Below are positions 10,166-20,117 of a stretch of DNA of 64,000 bases, piece by piece. Numbering within the stretch: position 1 is the stretch's first letter; each line of letters begins with the position of its first letter. A model generated the notes under the pieces. It did no database searches, was not told the DNA's origin, and worked only from the letters and a program-made list of their open reading frames with translations. Source of the DNA: Candidatus Oxydemutatoraceae bacterium (GTDB lineage: Bacteria > Pseudomonadota > Gammaproteobacteria > Poriferisulfidales > Oxydemutatoraceae); NCBI GenBank assembly GCA_965226235.1, contig OZ245335.1, forward strand, positions 1,260,427-1,324,426. The letters run 5' to 3'. The translations under genes and the position numbers were made by a program.

Positions 10166-10222
10166 CTTGTTCAGCCCCCCGCAATCAAGGGTTCCCGTTC
10201 TGATCATACGCGGAGGATCTTC

Positions 10223-11173
10223 ATGTTTATTCTGGGTGTAGGAGCACCAAAAACAGGGACGACCTGGCTCGCCGCGTATATAAGGCAATCACCCCGGTAT
10301 GTGCGGTTTTGCGAAGAAAAAGAACAGCATGTCTGGGATCGCGTATGTATCCCATTAATGAAAGGACGGAAAAGAAAACTCCGCAGAATCTTGCCGGGCT
10401 TGCTCCGTACCCCCGGCCGCCGGTGGGACCGTCTGCGGCAGTATATTGCGTTGTGGTTAATGGAAAAAATCCCGGCTTATTACTTTTACCGCCTGCAACG
10501 GACGCTTCGCAACAAGGAAAATATCACGCTGGATATCACCCCGGCTTACATGGGGCTGTCCAAAGAGGATTTCATCAAAATCAGAAACGGGCTGAAAAAA
10601 TACGACATACGGACGAAAGTCGTGTTTCTCATGAGAGACCCTGTCGAAAAATGCATCAGCCACTATAAGAGCATCAGCTATCGGCACCTCAACACACAAG
10701 GAAAAGGAACCCTGGAGAAGCCTGCCCCGTACTGGTGGAAAGAAGTATTTCACTTGCATGGATCAGCGTCCGCATTAGCCGATACGGCAGGACTGAAAAA
10801 ATATTGTACATTGGCAGAAACCAGGTTCAAAACAAGCTATCAAGATACGATCGCGAACCTGGAGGCTGTGTTTGCGCCGGAACAGTTGTTTTTCGGCATC
10901 TATGAAAACCTTTTCGAAGAACAGTCCATCGCCGCGCTGTCCGATTCCCTGGAATTACCCTATAATCCCGCGTTTGCCAAACGATGCATCAATTCCGCGT
11001 TTGCCAAACGATGCATCAATCCCAATCTCATAAAGCACATTGATGTGGATGTCGACGACGACACAAGAAGATTCATCGCCGAAGAATACAGAAGCACCTA
11101 TGCGTTTTGCGCAACCCGGTTTCCGGTAACCCGGAAACTGTGGGGCGGTTTTCAATGGCTGGACCGGGCATAG
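10223..11173 (+). CDS. PAPS-dependent sulfotransferase-family protein, tandem copy 2. It is a paralog with a replaced central segment.
   Basis: Shares more than 90% identity with copy 1 apart from a mosaic region (HYEAEEASRLKRGINLSGSVFALPDKAG versus HYKSISYRHLNTQGKGTLEKPAPYWWKEVFHLHGSASALADTAG). Both copies keep the PSB and PB motifs. Confidence 0.7.
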   Translation: MFILGVGAPKTGTTWLAAYIRQSPRYVRFCEEKEQHVWDRVCIPLMKGRKRKLRRILPGLLRTPGRRWDRLRQYIALWLMEKIPAYYFYRLQRTLRNKENITLDITPAYMGLSKEDFIKIRNGLKKYDIRTKVVFLMRDPVEKCISHYKSISYRHLNTQGKGTLEKPAPYWWKEVFHLHGSASALADTAGLKKYCTLAETRFKTSYQDTIANLEAVFAPEQLFFGIYENLFEEQSIAALSDSLELPYNPAFAKRCINSAFAKRCINPNLIKHIDVDVDDDTRRFIAEEYRSTYAFCATRFPVTRKLWGGFQWLDRA

Positions 11174-11198
11174 CAGAAAGCGATCGACCACTGTCGAT

Positions 11199-13286
11199 TT
11201 ATACCTCTGCGTATCTGCCGACATCCCCCAGCCATCTGCGAATAAGCTTGTCGCAAGCATCCGGGTGGCATGCCAGCATATTGCCGGATATCTTCAACAC
11301 CCGCTCGAGCTGTTTCTCGTCGCGTGTCAGGTCAGCAATACGAAACTGCATCGCGCCAGTCTGTCGGGTGCCAAGAATTTCCCCCGGCCCGCGTATCTTC
11401 ATGTCTTCCTGCGCGATCTCAAACCCGTTGCACGTCCGGCGCATGATGTCGAGGCGCCGCCGCGCAGTGCTCGATAACGGTGGGTGATACAGTAGCGCGC
11501 AAGTGGCTTGCTTTACGCCGCGTCCAACTCGACCGCGCAACTGATGCAATTGCGCGAGTCCGAAGCGTTCTGCATTTTCAATGACCATCAGGTTGGCGTC
11601 GGGTATATCGACACCGACTTCGATCACTGTGGTCGCAACCAGCACCTGGGCTTGCTTGCTTTTGAACCTTGCTATCGCCTGCTCTTTCTCTTCGGCATTC
11701 ATCCGCCCGTGAAGCAAGGCAACGCTGACGTCGGGCATAGCCCGACATAACATTTCGAAAGTTGTCTGGGCCGTTTCGTAATACAGGGTATCTGATTTTT
11801 CAATCAGAGGGCACACCCAGTAAACCTGTCCTCCGCCGATGCAGGTTTTGCGGATGCGTCCGATGAGTTCCTTGCGGCGACTGTCCGGCAACACGATGGT
11901 TTTTACCGGCAGACGTCCGGGAGGGACTTCATCGATCACCGAGTAGTCAAGGTCGGCATACAAGGCCATAGCCAGACTCCGCGGGATCGGAGTTGCCGTC
12001 ATAATGAGTTGATGTGGTTGAAGACCCCCGGCTTCTCCCCTTTGCTTGAGTGCCAGCCGCTGGTGAACTCCAAACCGGTGCTGCTCATCTACGACGATCA
12101 ACGCCAGGCAATGGAATGCAACTTTTTCCTGAAACAAGGCGTGGGTGCCTACGATGATGTCGATTTCTCCGTTGCGCGCTTGATGCAGTACGGAGCGGCG
12201 TTCGGTCATTTTCTGTTTGCCTGCAAGGATACCGACACTCACTTCAAACGGATCGAACCAATCTTTCAGGTTGCGATAATGTTGCTCGGCCAGAATCTCT
12301 GTTGGGGCCATCATGGCCGCTTGACAGCTCGATTCGACTGCCTCGAGCATCGCTGCCACAGCGACAAGCGTTTTGCCTGAACCCACATCACCTTGCACGA
12401 GACGCATCATCGGCGTGTTTTTGCGAACATCGGCGCGGATAACCTCGATTACCCGGTGCTGAGCCCGCGTTAGCTCAAATGGTAATAGCCGCTGCAGCCG
12501 GTCGAACAGCTTCCCTTCAGGTTGCAGTGTCCGCGCAAACTGCCTCCGGGTCTCGCTGCGCATGCGCTTGAGGCTTAGACATTGCGACAGCATCTCTTCG
12601 AAGGCAAGCCGCTTTTGCATCGGGTGTTGCTTGTTTTGCAGCAGTTCAATGTCGGAGTCGGCAGGAGGGCGGTGGACGTAGAGGATGGCTTCTTGCAGGG
12701 AAAACGACAACTCTGCGTCCATGTAGTCGGCCGGTAACAGTTCTTCAAGGCCGTTTCCCGGCTTTGACAACCACCGCAACGCAGCGTCAGTAAATTTCCG
12801 CAGGTTGAATTGACTAATACCTTCGGTAGTCGGGTAAACGGGGGTGTAGCCGGTTGCCGGGCAGCTTTTATCGTAAGGGCCTACGAACTGGTAATCAGGA
12901 TGAATCATTTCAAGCCGGGGGGTGCTCCCCTGGACCTTGCGCAATACACCGAAGCAACGGATGCGGCTCCCCGGACGCAGACTGCTTTGCTGTGCACCCG
13001 AGAAGTGGAAAAAGCGCAGCGACAACTCGGCGGTACCATCGTCGATGACAACCAGCAACATGCGCCGCCCCCGGTAAACAACCCGATTTTTTACGACATT
13101 GCCTTCAACCAGGGCCTCCTGGCTGGCGTGCAGCAAAGAGATGGGGCTGATCCGGGTTCGGTCCTGGTAATGGTCCGGCAGGTGAAAAAGCAGATCCTCA
13201 ACATGGCAGATGTGGAGACGTTTCAGCTTTTCTGCGACCACCCTGCCAACGCCTTGAAGCTCGGTGATGGGCGTCATAACGAGCAA
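11199..13286 (-). CDS. recG: ATP-dependent DNA helicase RecG
   Basis: A 695 aa protein with an N-terminal wedge domain. The Walker A motif is GDVGSGKT and the DEQH box is VVDEQHRFG. It belongs to the conserved gmk-rpoZ-spoT-recG cluster. Confidence 0.9.
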   Translation of the reverse strand: MLVMTPITELQGVGRVVAEKLKRLHICHVEDLLFHLPDHYQDRTRISPISLLHASQEALVEGNVVKNRVVYRGRRMLLVVIDDGTAELSLRFFHFSGAQQSSLRPGSRIRCFGVLRKVQGSTPRLEMIHPDYQFVGPYDKSCPATGYTPVYPTTEGISQFNLRKFTDAALRWLSKPGNGLEELLPADYMDAELSFSLQEAILYVHRPPADSDIELLQNKQHPMQKRLAFEEMLSQCLSLKRMRSETRRQFARTLQPEGKLFDRLQRLLPFELTRAQHRVIEVIRADVRKNTPMMRLVQGDVGSGKTLVAVAAMLEAVESSCQAAMMAPTEILAEQHYRNLKDWFDPFEVSVGILAGKQKMTERRSVLHQARNGEIDIIVGTHALFQEKVAFHCLALIVVDEQHRFGVHQRLALKQRGEAGGLQPHQLIMTATPIPRSLAMALYADLDYSVIDEVPPGRLPVKTIVLPDSRRKELIGRIRKTCIGGGQVYWVCPLIEKSDTLYYETAQTTFEMLCRAMPDVSVALLHGRMNAEEKEQAIARFKSKQAQVLVATTVIEVGVDIPDANLMVIENAERFGLAQLHQLRGRVGRGVKQATCALLYHPPLSSTARRRLDIMRRTCNGFEIAQEDMKIRGPGEILGTRQTGAMQFRIADLTRDEKQLERVLKISGNMLACHPDACDKLIRRWLGDVGRYAEV

Positions 13287-13305
13287 CTATATGGCGGGCA
13301 AAAAA

Positions 13306-13692
13306 TTACTTCCCAATCACCATGATCGCATCCGCCTCGATACGTGCCCCTCGCGGCAGGGACGCCACACCAACGACGGCACGCGCCGGGTAAGGGCGCG
13401 CAAAATACTCTCCCATTATTTCATTCACATGCTGAAAATTTTCAAGGTCGGTAAGGAACACGTTCAGCTTGACGATATCATCCAGACCGCCGTTTGCGGC
13501 CTCGGCGACCGCCTTCAGGTTGTCAAAAACCCTGCGAATATGCACTTTGATATCGCCTTCGACCAGTTCCATCGTATCGGGTTCCAGCGGAATCTGACCC
13601 GAAAGGTAAACGACGTTATGTACAACGACCGCTTGCGAGTAGGCACCAATCGCCTGCGGTGCCGTTTGCGTGTCGATAATGCGTTTGCTCAT
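13306..13692 (-). CDS. ridA: RidA/YjgF-family reactive-intermediate deaminase
   Basis: A 128 aa protein with the typical YjgF/TdcF pattern (AIGAYSQAV...VKLNVFLTD...[16 protein letters not shown]). Confidence 0.85.
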   Translation of the reverse strand: MSKRIIDTQTAPQAIGAYSQAVVVHNVVYLSGQIPLEPDTMELVEGDIKVHIRRVFDNLKAVAEAANGGLDDIVKLNVFLTDLENFQHVNEIMGEYFARPYPARAVVGVASLPRGARIEADAIMVIGK

Positions 13693-13733
13693 GGAAGTGC
13701 CTCTGGAAAATCAATTGGCTAACCAAGCCAGGG

Positions 13734-15971
13734 TTATCTTACGCGCGACACCTGAACATCCTTTGAAACACTGCGTATCTTGCGAATGATATCGGCCAGA
13801 TGCTTGCGGTTCTTGACGCTGATCGTGAAATTCAGCAATGCCATTGCGCCAGGACGTTCTTCGATCGATATATTTTCGATATTCGAGCCCATCTGCGCGA
13901 TCTTGTCCGCAATGACCGCGAGCATCCCGCGACGATGGTGGGTAACGGCGCGAATCGCGGCCGAGTATTCCGCCCCGGGCGGTTCGTTTTTCGACCACTG
14001 TAGTAGAAGATCCTGTCCATTTTTCGTGTTGTGTCGGTTGATATTGTGGCAGTTGTCACGATGCACGACCAGACCCTTCCCCAAATTCAGGATTCCGATG
14101 ATGCTGTCCCCCGGGATCGGGTGACAACACTTTGCGTACGTAACTACGATACCTTCGGTCCCGGTGATCTCGAGCGGGGTTTCTGCAACGTGGCGATCCT
14201 GGAACGGCTCGAGTAGCCTCCGGGTAATCAATGAAGGTATCTGGTTTCCCAGACCGATCTCGCGGAATAACTCCTCCGAGTGTTTGAGGCCAAGTTCCCG
14301 CAACACGGTTGACCATTGCCCGGACCTGATTTCATCGAGTCTGCTGCCGTGGCTGCTGAGCGCGTTGTCCAGCAGGCGCTTGCCAAGCTTGACGGAAGAT
14401 TTGTCGCTGGTCTTTTTCAGGCAGTTATGAATCGCGGCACGTGCCTTTGCCGTGACCGTAAATCCCAGCCACAACGGCGTCGGACGCATCTTTTTATCGG
14501 TGACGATTTCGACGCTCTGCCCGTTTTTAAGCTCGGTGCTCAAAGCGGCGTGGCGATTGTCTATCAGTGCTTTCGCGCAGGACAGCCCGATGTCGGTGTG
14601 TACCGCGAAAGCAAAATCAAGCGCGGTCGCACCGCGCGGCAGGTTCATGATCTCCCCTTGCGGCGTAAACACATACACCTCATCGGGGAACAGATCGACC
14701 TTGACGTTTTCAAGAAACTCAGCCGAACTGCCGGCGTGTCTATGCAACTCCATCAGGCGGTGGGTCCATGCCTGCGCTAACGAATGACCTTTGCCGCTGC
14801 CGCCTTCGCCGGTTTTGTACATGGCGTGCGCGGCGATGCCCTGCTCGGCGACATGATCCATATCCTGGGTGCGGATCTGGATTTCCATGGGTGCCGCGTG
14901 CGTGCCGAACAGCACCGTATGCAGTGATTGATAGCCGTTGCTTTTGGGGATGGCGATATAGTCCTTGAAGCACCCCGGCTTCGGTGTATACAAGCTGTGA
15001 ACGAGACCCAGCGCACGGTAGCAATCATCGACGCGATCGACGATCAACCGCAAGGCAAACAGATCAAGGACTTGCGAAAACTTCAAATGCTTTTCCCGCA
15101 TTTTTTTGTAAACGCCGTAAACGCTTTTGCGCCGACTCTCGATTTCATGGGAAATGTCCGCCAGCGCAAGAAGCTTATTGATGCTACGTTCCATGCCGAT
15201 CATCAGCTTTTTGCAGCGCCGCTCACTTTTCTTGATCGCTTCGGACAACCCCCGATAGCGCAACGGGTACAGTGTCTTGAATCCCAACTCTTCGAATTCA
15301 CGGCGCAGTCTGTCCATGCCGAGACGTTGCGCGATCGGCGCGTAGATCTCGAGCGTCTCTCTGGCAACAAGCTTTTGCTTGTGCGCGGAGAGATGGCGCA
15401 GGGTACGCATATTGTGCAGTCGATCGATCAGCTTCAGTAAAATCACGCGCCGGTCTTTCGACATGGCGAGGATCATCTTCTGGAAGTTGGCAGCCTGGCT
15501 GGATTCCCGGGTTGCGAACTGCAGGTGGTCTATCTTGCTTACACCGTCGACAATTTTTGCGACTTCGGCGCCAAACTTCCTGGCGAGCCGATGTCTCGTA
15601 ATATGGGTATCTTCCAGGACATCGTGCAGGATCCCGGCGATGATGGTCGTGGCGTCAAACCGCAGTTGCGCCATCAGTTGAGCGACTTTTACCGGATGGG
15701 AAATATAGGGTTCTCCAGACATACGCATTTGCCCGCTGTGCGCTTTGGCACTGAACAAATAAGCCTGGCGGATCGCGTCTATGTCCTGGGGTGAGAGATA
15801 AGCCTCGAGCGTGGTTTCAAGCTCATCAAGCAACTCGCCGCCCTCCACCTCGGGCAACGGGCGACCGGTCTTGTTCCCGGAACGTTTGTGCAGCAACGAC
15901 CTGCCGGCATCTCCTCCGATTCTTCCAGCCGCATCAGAAGAAGTTGCGGAACGAGCGCGCATGGTTGCCAA
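13734..15971 (-). CDS. spoT: Bifunctional (p)ppGpp synthetase/hydrolase SpoT/RelA-family. The ORF has about 40 extra N-terminal residues and the true start is uncertain.
   Basis: The HD domain (HPVKVAQLMA...HDVLEDT), RelA/SpoT synthetase domain, TGS and ACT domains are all present. It lies between rpoZ and ridA. Confidence 0.9.
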   Translation of the reverse strand: MATMRARSATSSDAAGRIGGDAGRSLLHKRSGNKTGRPLPEVEGGELLDELETTLEAYLSPQDIDAIRQAYLFSAKAHSGQMRMSGEPYISHPVKVAQLMAQLRFDATTIIAGILHDVLEDTHITRHRLARKFGAEVAKIVDGVSKIDHLQFATRESSQAANFQKMILAMSKDRRVILLKLIDRLHNMRTLRHLSAHKQKLVARETLEIYAPIAQRLGMDRLRREFEELGFKTLYPLRYRGLSEAIKKSERRCKKLMIGMERSINKLLALADISHEIESRRKSVYGVYKKMREKHLKFSQVLDLFALRLIVDRVDDCYRALGLVHSLYTPKPGCFKDYIAIPKSNGYQSLHTVLFGTHAAPMEIQIRTQDMDHVAEQGIAAHAMYKTGEGGSGKGHSLAQAWTHRLMELHRHAGSSAEFLENVKVDLFPDEVYVFTPQGEIMNLPRGATALDFAFAVHTDIGLSCAKALIDNRHAALSTELKNGQSVEIVTDKKMRPTPLWLGFTVTAKARAAIHNCLKKTSDKSSVKLGKRLLDNALSSHGSRLDEIRSGQWSTVLRELGLKHSEELFREIGLGNQIPSLITRRLLEPFQDRHVAETPLEITGTEGIVVTYAKCCHPIPGDSIIGILNLGKGLVVHRDNCHNINRHNTKNGQDLLLQWSKNEPPGAEYSAAIRAVTHHRRGMLAVIADKIAQMGSNIENISIEERPGAMALLNFTISVKNRKHLADIIRKIRSVSKDVQVSRVR

Positions 15972-16046
15972 TCAGCAACCCCAATTGCAGATCATGCTTC
16001 TCCTCATCGGGGTGCTTTCCGGAAATGAATCCTGCTATGGGATGGC

Positions 16047-16580
16047 CTATCCTGTGGTGTCGGTATCGGTTTTTTTCGCATTGCCGCCGTTGGTTCCTGT
16101 AACGGGCAAATCGATCTCTTCGCTCGTGAATGCAGCGCCCTGCAGGGTGCTTTCCTTTTGGCCCGGATTCACCCCGACACCGCTACCGTTCTCGCCCTGT
16201 GGATGACCCTCCACCGAATCGGTCGCCTTCGGCGGCAACATGCCCGCCGAGGGTTCAGCGCCACCCGGAGCAACTTCATCCTCCTCTATCTCGCCAAGCG
16301 CACGGGCCATGTTTCTTTGATTCATGAGCCCATGGTTGATCAACTCAGCCAACTCCGAGTCTGCGGTGGCGTCTTTGATCAGCGGTTCGGTGAAGACCTC
16401 CTTGCCAACCAGACCAGCGGCAATCTCACGCAGTGCGATAATGCTCGACTTCTCGCCGCTGTCTTCGATCCGGGGGGTGCTCCCCTCCTGTAATTGCCGC
16501 GCCCTGCGGCTCGCAACCAACACCAACTGGAAGTGGTTGCTGATTTTCTCCAGACAATCCTCAATAGTAATCCTTGCCAT
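16047..16580 (-). CDS. rpoZ: DNA-directed RNA polymerase omega subunit with a long Gly/acidic C-terminal extension
   Basis: The N-terminus [31 protein letters not shown] matches the omega consensus [29 protein letters not shown]. Total length is 177 aa against about 90 aa typical. Confidence 0.8.
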   Translation of the reverse strand: MARITIEDCLEKISNHFQLVLVASRRARQLQEGSTPRIEDSGEKSSIIALREIAAGLVGKEVFTEPLIKDATADSELAELINHGLMNQRNMARALGEIEEDEVAPGGAEPSAGMLPPKATDSVEGHPQGENGSGVGVNPGQKESTLQGAAFTSEEIDLPVTGTNGGNAKKTDTDTTG

Positions 16581-16644
16581 GTTTCCCTCCGTAATACGCT
16601 TAATCTGTCCATTGTAGGCATTGCCTGCTCAAGATCAATGGGGA

Positions 16645-17268
16645 TCAGCTCATGGATGGATCCCCATCGATCCTTCGCAGCGCTGTTTCGACCAAGGCCA
16701 ACTCGGTCTGGGTGGGTGGCTGGTTCAGCAATAATCGTTTCAGGGCCTTGCAGGTGGTGTCAAAGTCTTCGTTGACAATCCGCGCGTCAAATTCTCCGTG
16801 GTGGCGTATTTCTTCGCGTGCCTTGCCAAGTCGGTACCCTATAGCTTCTGGGGAATCCTGGCAACGTCGTTGCAGGCGAGCTTCCAGCGATTCGATCGAA
16901 GGCGGCAAGATGAATATGGAGAAGGCGCTTGCAAAATTGCGCTTGACCTGTTGCGCGCCCTGCCAATCAATTTCAAGCACGATCGAAATCCCTTCGGCAA
17001 TTTTTTTTTCGACCTCATCTCGCGCGGTGCCATAGAAATGCCGAAAAACTTCGGCATGCTCGAGAAAACGCCCGGCGTCTTTCATCCGGTGAAACTCCTG
17101 GGCGGAAACAAAATAATAGTCGCGACCGTGCTTCTCGTTTTCTCGTGGAGGGCGCGTCGTGTAAGAGACCGAGACACGAAACAGCGGCAGGTCGGCCAGC
17201 ACCCGTTTCAGCAGCGAGGTTTTCCCGACGCCCGAGGCACCCGCAACTATGAACAGCTTCCCGGTCAC
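16645..17268 (-). CDS. gmk: Guanylate kinase
   Basis: P-loop GASGVGKTSL, the GMP-binding SVSYTTRPPRENEKHGRDYYFV, and a length of 207 aa. Confidence 0.9.
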   Translation of the reverse strand: MTGKLFIVAGASGVGKTSLLKRVLADLPLFRVSVSYTTRPPRENEKHGRDYYFVSAQEFHRMKDAGRFLEHAEVFRHFYGTARDEVEKKIAEGISIVLEIDWQGAQQVKRNFASAFSIFILPPSIESLEARLQRRCQDSPEAIGYRLGKAREEIRHHGEFDARIVNEDFDTTCKALKRLLLNQPPTQTELALVETALRRIDGDPSMS

Positions 17269-17295
17269 AAATCCTGGATCACGTCACGGGGCCGG

Positions 17296-18741
17296 CTATT
17301 TTCTCCAGAACATCGGGGTGAATACTACCAGCAGGGTGAATATTTCGAGCCTGCCGAGCAGCATCGAGACACACAACAGCCATTTGTCGTAGGTGCCCAA
17401 CCCAACGTAGTTTTCGCTTACCTGCCCCAGCCCGGGACCCAGGTTGTTCAGGGTCGCGGCGACCGCGGAAAACGCAGTGACTTCGTCGACGCCGGACACC
17501 ATCAACAACATGACCATCAGGGTGAACACACCGATATAGGCAGAAAAAAAACCCCAGACCGCGTTCATAACCCGTGGCTCGACATTCTTGCCGTTGATCT
17601 TCACCGGAACCTCGGCTTTGGGGTGCAGGAGACAAACCATTTCACGCACGCCTTGCTTGATCAACAGCCAGATCCGGATCACCTTGATGCCGCCACCGGT
17701 CGATCCGGCGCATCCGCCGACGAAGCTTGCGGAGAGTAACAGCGCGGTCAGGAATGTCGGCCACTCGCTGTAATCGGTCGTGGTAAAGCCGCTGGTCGTG
17801 GCAAAAGAAACCGCCTGGAAAACGCCATGGTAAAAAATTTTCACATCGCCGTCGGCCTGCACCAACAGGTATACGCTGACGATAGCCAGCAACACACACA
17901 CCACCGAGAGATAAACCTTGAATTCGCTGTCTTGGCGATAGGGTACCAAAGTGCGCTTCCGTAGCGCCAGAAAATGCAAGGCAAAATTGGCTGCGGAAAT
18001 CAACATGAAAACAACCGCGACGATATTGATCCTGACGCTGTCAAAATAGCCAATGCTCTGGTCATGCGTAGAGAATCCGCCGATGGCGATTGTCGAAAAC
18101 CCGTGACAAACCGCGTCGAAAGCGTCCATGCCAGCCAGGTAATAACTGCCAGCGCACAGGACCGTAAGCAGCAGGTACACATACCACAACGCTTTGGCAG
18201 TTTCGTGGATGCGCGGCGTGATCCTGGTATTCTTGATCGGCCCCGGCGTTTCGGTTTTATACAATTGCATTCCACCGACACCCAGCATCGGCAGCACCGC
18301 AATGGCCAGAATGATGATGCCCAGCCCACCCAGCCACTGCAAAAACTGTCGGTAGAACAGAATCGCACGTGGCAGTTCATCAAGCCCTGTCAACACAGTC
18401 GCGCCGGTGGTCGTCAGTCCTGAAACCGACTCGAAAACCGACTCGACAAACCCGATATCCGGCTGTTCTCCCAGATAAAACGGCAAGGCCCCGAATAAGC
18501 CGAGCACCACCCAAATCAGCACCGCCGACAAAAACCCATCGCGCAGCCGCAGATCTTTCGTGGCATTGCGCGCAGGGAACCACAGCACCAGACCCGTGCC
18601 GGCAGTGATCCCGAAGGCAAGGATAAACGGTGACGATTCGCTTTCCGCGTAAAGCAAACCGACCAATACCGGTATCAGCATCGCCACGCTGAAGAGAACC
18701 AGCAGCGCGCCAATCACTCTTTGCACGGATAGTAGATGCAT
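17296..18741 (-). CDS. trkH: Potassium uptake protein TrkH
   Basis: A 481 aa polytopic membrane protein of the TrkH/KtrB family. It overlaps the trkA stop by 1 bp. Confidence 0.9.
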   Translation of the reverse strand: MHLLSVQRVIGALLVLFSVAMLIPVLVGLLYAESESSPFILAFGITAGTGLVLWFPARNATKDLRLRDGFLSAVLIWVVLGLFGALPFYLGEQPDIGFVESVFESVSGLTTTGATVLTGLDELPRAILFYRQFLQWLGGLGIIILAIAVLPMLGVGGMQLYKTETPGPIKNTRITPRIHETAKALWYVYLLLTVLCAGSYYLAGMDAFDAVCHGFSTIAIGGFSTHDQSIGYFDSVRINIVAVVFMLISAANFALHFLALRKRTLVPYRQDSEFKVYLSVVCVLLAIVSVYLLVQADGDVKIFYHGVFQAVSFATTSGFTTTDYSEWPTFLTALLLSASFVGGCAGSTGGGIKVIRIWLLIKQGVREMVCLLHPKAEVPVKINGKNVEPRVMNAVWGFFSAYIGVFTLMVMLLMVSGVDEVTAFSAVAATLNNLGPGLGQVSENYVGLGTYDKWLLCVSMLLGRLEIFTLLVVFTPMFWRK

Positions 18742-20117
18742 CAGATGAAAGTGGCGCTGACCTGGAAAAGCTTTTCGACTTCCGGGATGCGGCGTTTGTC
18801 GCTTAAAAACAGGATGACGTGATCGCCGGGCTCGATCGTCACGTTGTGATAGGCCATAAAGATCCTGTCGCCACGAACCACGGCGTTGATGGTGGCGTCG
18901 CGGGGGGGGCGAATGTCCTGCACCCTGCGTCCAACCAGTTGCGATGTACTGGAGTCGCCGTGGGCGATGCCTTCGATCGCTTCAGCCGCACCGTATCTTA
19001 GCGAGTGCACCTTGACCAGATCGCCCTTGCGAATGTGGCGCAACAACGCTCCGATGGAATCCTTCTGGGGTGAAATGGTGATGTCTATGCTGCTTTCGCG
19101 CATCATTTCGACGTAGCTGGTGCGATTGACCAGCGCCATGACCTTGCGCGCTCCCAGATGCTTGGCAAGCATCGCCGACAGGATGTTGTCCTCATCGTCG
19201 CTGGTCAACGCGCAAAACACATCGGCATGGTCGATATTTTCTTCCCGCAGGATTTCTTCGCTCGAGGCATCGCCATGCAATACCAGCACGTGATTGAAAT
19301 ACTCGGCGAGATAGCTTGCGCGAGACTGGTCCTGCTCGATGATCTTGACCTTGTACCTGCCGTTGAGCGTTTCAGCCAGATGCGCGCCGATTCGACCGCC
19401 GCCGGCAATCACAATACGCGAGTAACGCTCCCTGGCGTTGCGCAAAGCCAGGGTGATCTCAGGGACATGCTCAGGCGCCGCAAGGAAGAATATTTCGTCG
19501 TTGCTGTGCAGACGGGTCGTTCCGCCAGGGATGATGAACTCGGTGTCACGATAGATCGCGGATATGCACACTTCCACGTCAGGCAGCAGGCTGGGGATAT
19601 CGCCTACCTGCCTGTCGATCAATCGACCGCCACGCTCCGCTTTCATCGCGACCATCAACAAGTACCGCCTGGCAAACTCGACGACCTCGAACGCGCCAGG
19701 ATAGTCGATCAGCCGCGCGATGTTTTCCGACACCAGCCGCTCGGGGTTGATCAGCATATCGATCGGCACCGCGTCCTTTTTGAACAGCAGGTCGCTATGG
19801 TCGAGATACTGCGTCGAATGAATGCGGGCAATTTTTTTCGGGGTGTTGAATATGGTATTCGCAACCCGGCAGGCAACCATGTTGACTTCATCGCTGGGGG
19901 TCAACGCGATCAGCATGTCGGCGTTCTCGGCATCGGCGCTCTGCAGCACGTCGGGGTGCGAAGGAAATCCGGAAACTATCTTGAGATCGGCTTGTTCCTG
20001 GTACCGTCTGAGCTTTTCGATGTCCTCATCTACCAGCGTGATATCGTTCGCTTCGTCGGCGAGGATGCGCGCGAGCGACCCGCCTACGTGGCTTGCACCG
20101 AGAATGATGATCTTCAT
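18741..20117 (-). CDS. trkA: Potassium uptake NAD-binding protein TrkA
   Basis: A tandem RCK/TrkA-N fold with MKIIILGASHVGGSLA and a second Rossmann motif VIAGGGRIGAHLA. Length 458 aa. Confidence 0.9.
   Translation of the reverse strand: MKIIILGASHVGGSLARILADEANDITLVDEDIEKLRRYQEQADLKIVSGFPSHPDVLQSADAENADMLIALTPSDEVNMVACRVANTIFNTPKKIARIHSTQYLDHSDLLFKKDAVPIDMLINPERLVSENIARLIDYPGAFEVVEFARRYLLMVAMKAERGGRLIDRQVGDIPSLLPDVEVCISAIYRDTEFIIPGGTTRLHSNDEIFFLAAPEHVPEITLALRNARERYSRIVIAGGGRIGAHLAETLNGRYKVKIIEQDQSRASYLAEYFNHVLVLHGDASSEEILREENIDHADVFCALTSDDEDNILSAMLAKHLGARKVMALVNRTSYVEMMRESSIDITISPQKDSIGALLRHIRKGDLVKVHSLRYGAAEAIEGIAHGDSSTSQLVGRRVQDIRPPRDATINAVVRGDRIFMAYHNVTIEPGDHVILFLSDKRRIPEVEKLFQVSATFI

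Larger units (their letters stand above)
9263..11173 (+). repeat. Tandem direct duplication of a sulfotransferase gene, about 960 bp period. The C-terminus contains 27-bp internal tandem repeats encoding PAFAKRCIx.
   Basis: ORF-track proteins 9263..10165 and 10223..11173 are near-identical. The reverse-strand ORFs 9944..10288 and 10955..11260 also share the identical prefix MPYIRGEPGRPCFWCSYTQNKH. Confidence 0.85.

Noticed and set aside
9944-10288. ORFs 9944..10288 and 10955..11260 (MPYIRGEPGRPCFWCSYTQNKH...) antisense to the sulfotransferase genes
   Set aside because: They overlap the sulfotransferase CDSs on the opposite strand and are repeated only because the underlying DNA is duplicated. 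No independent coding signal.
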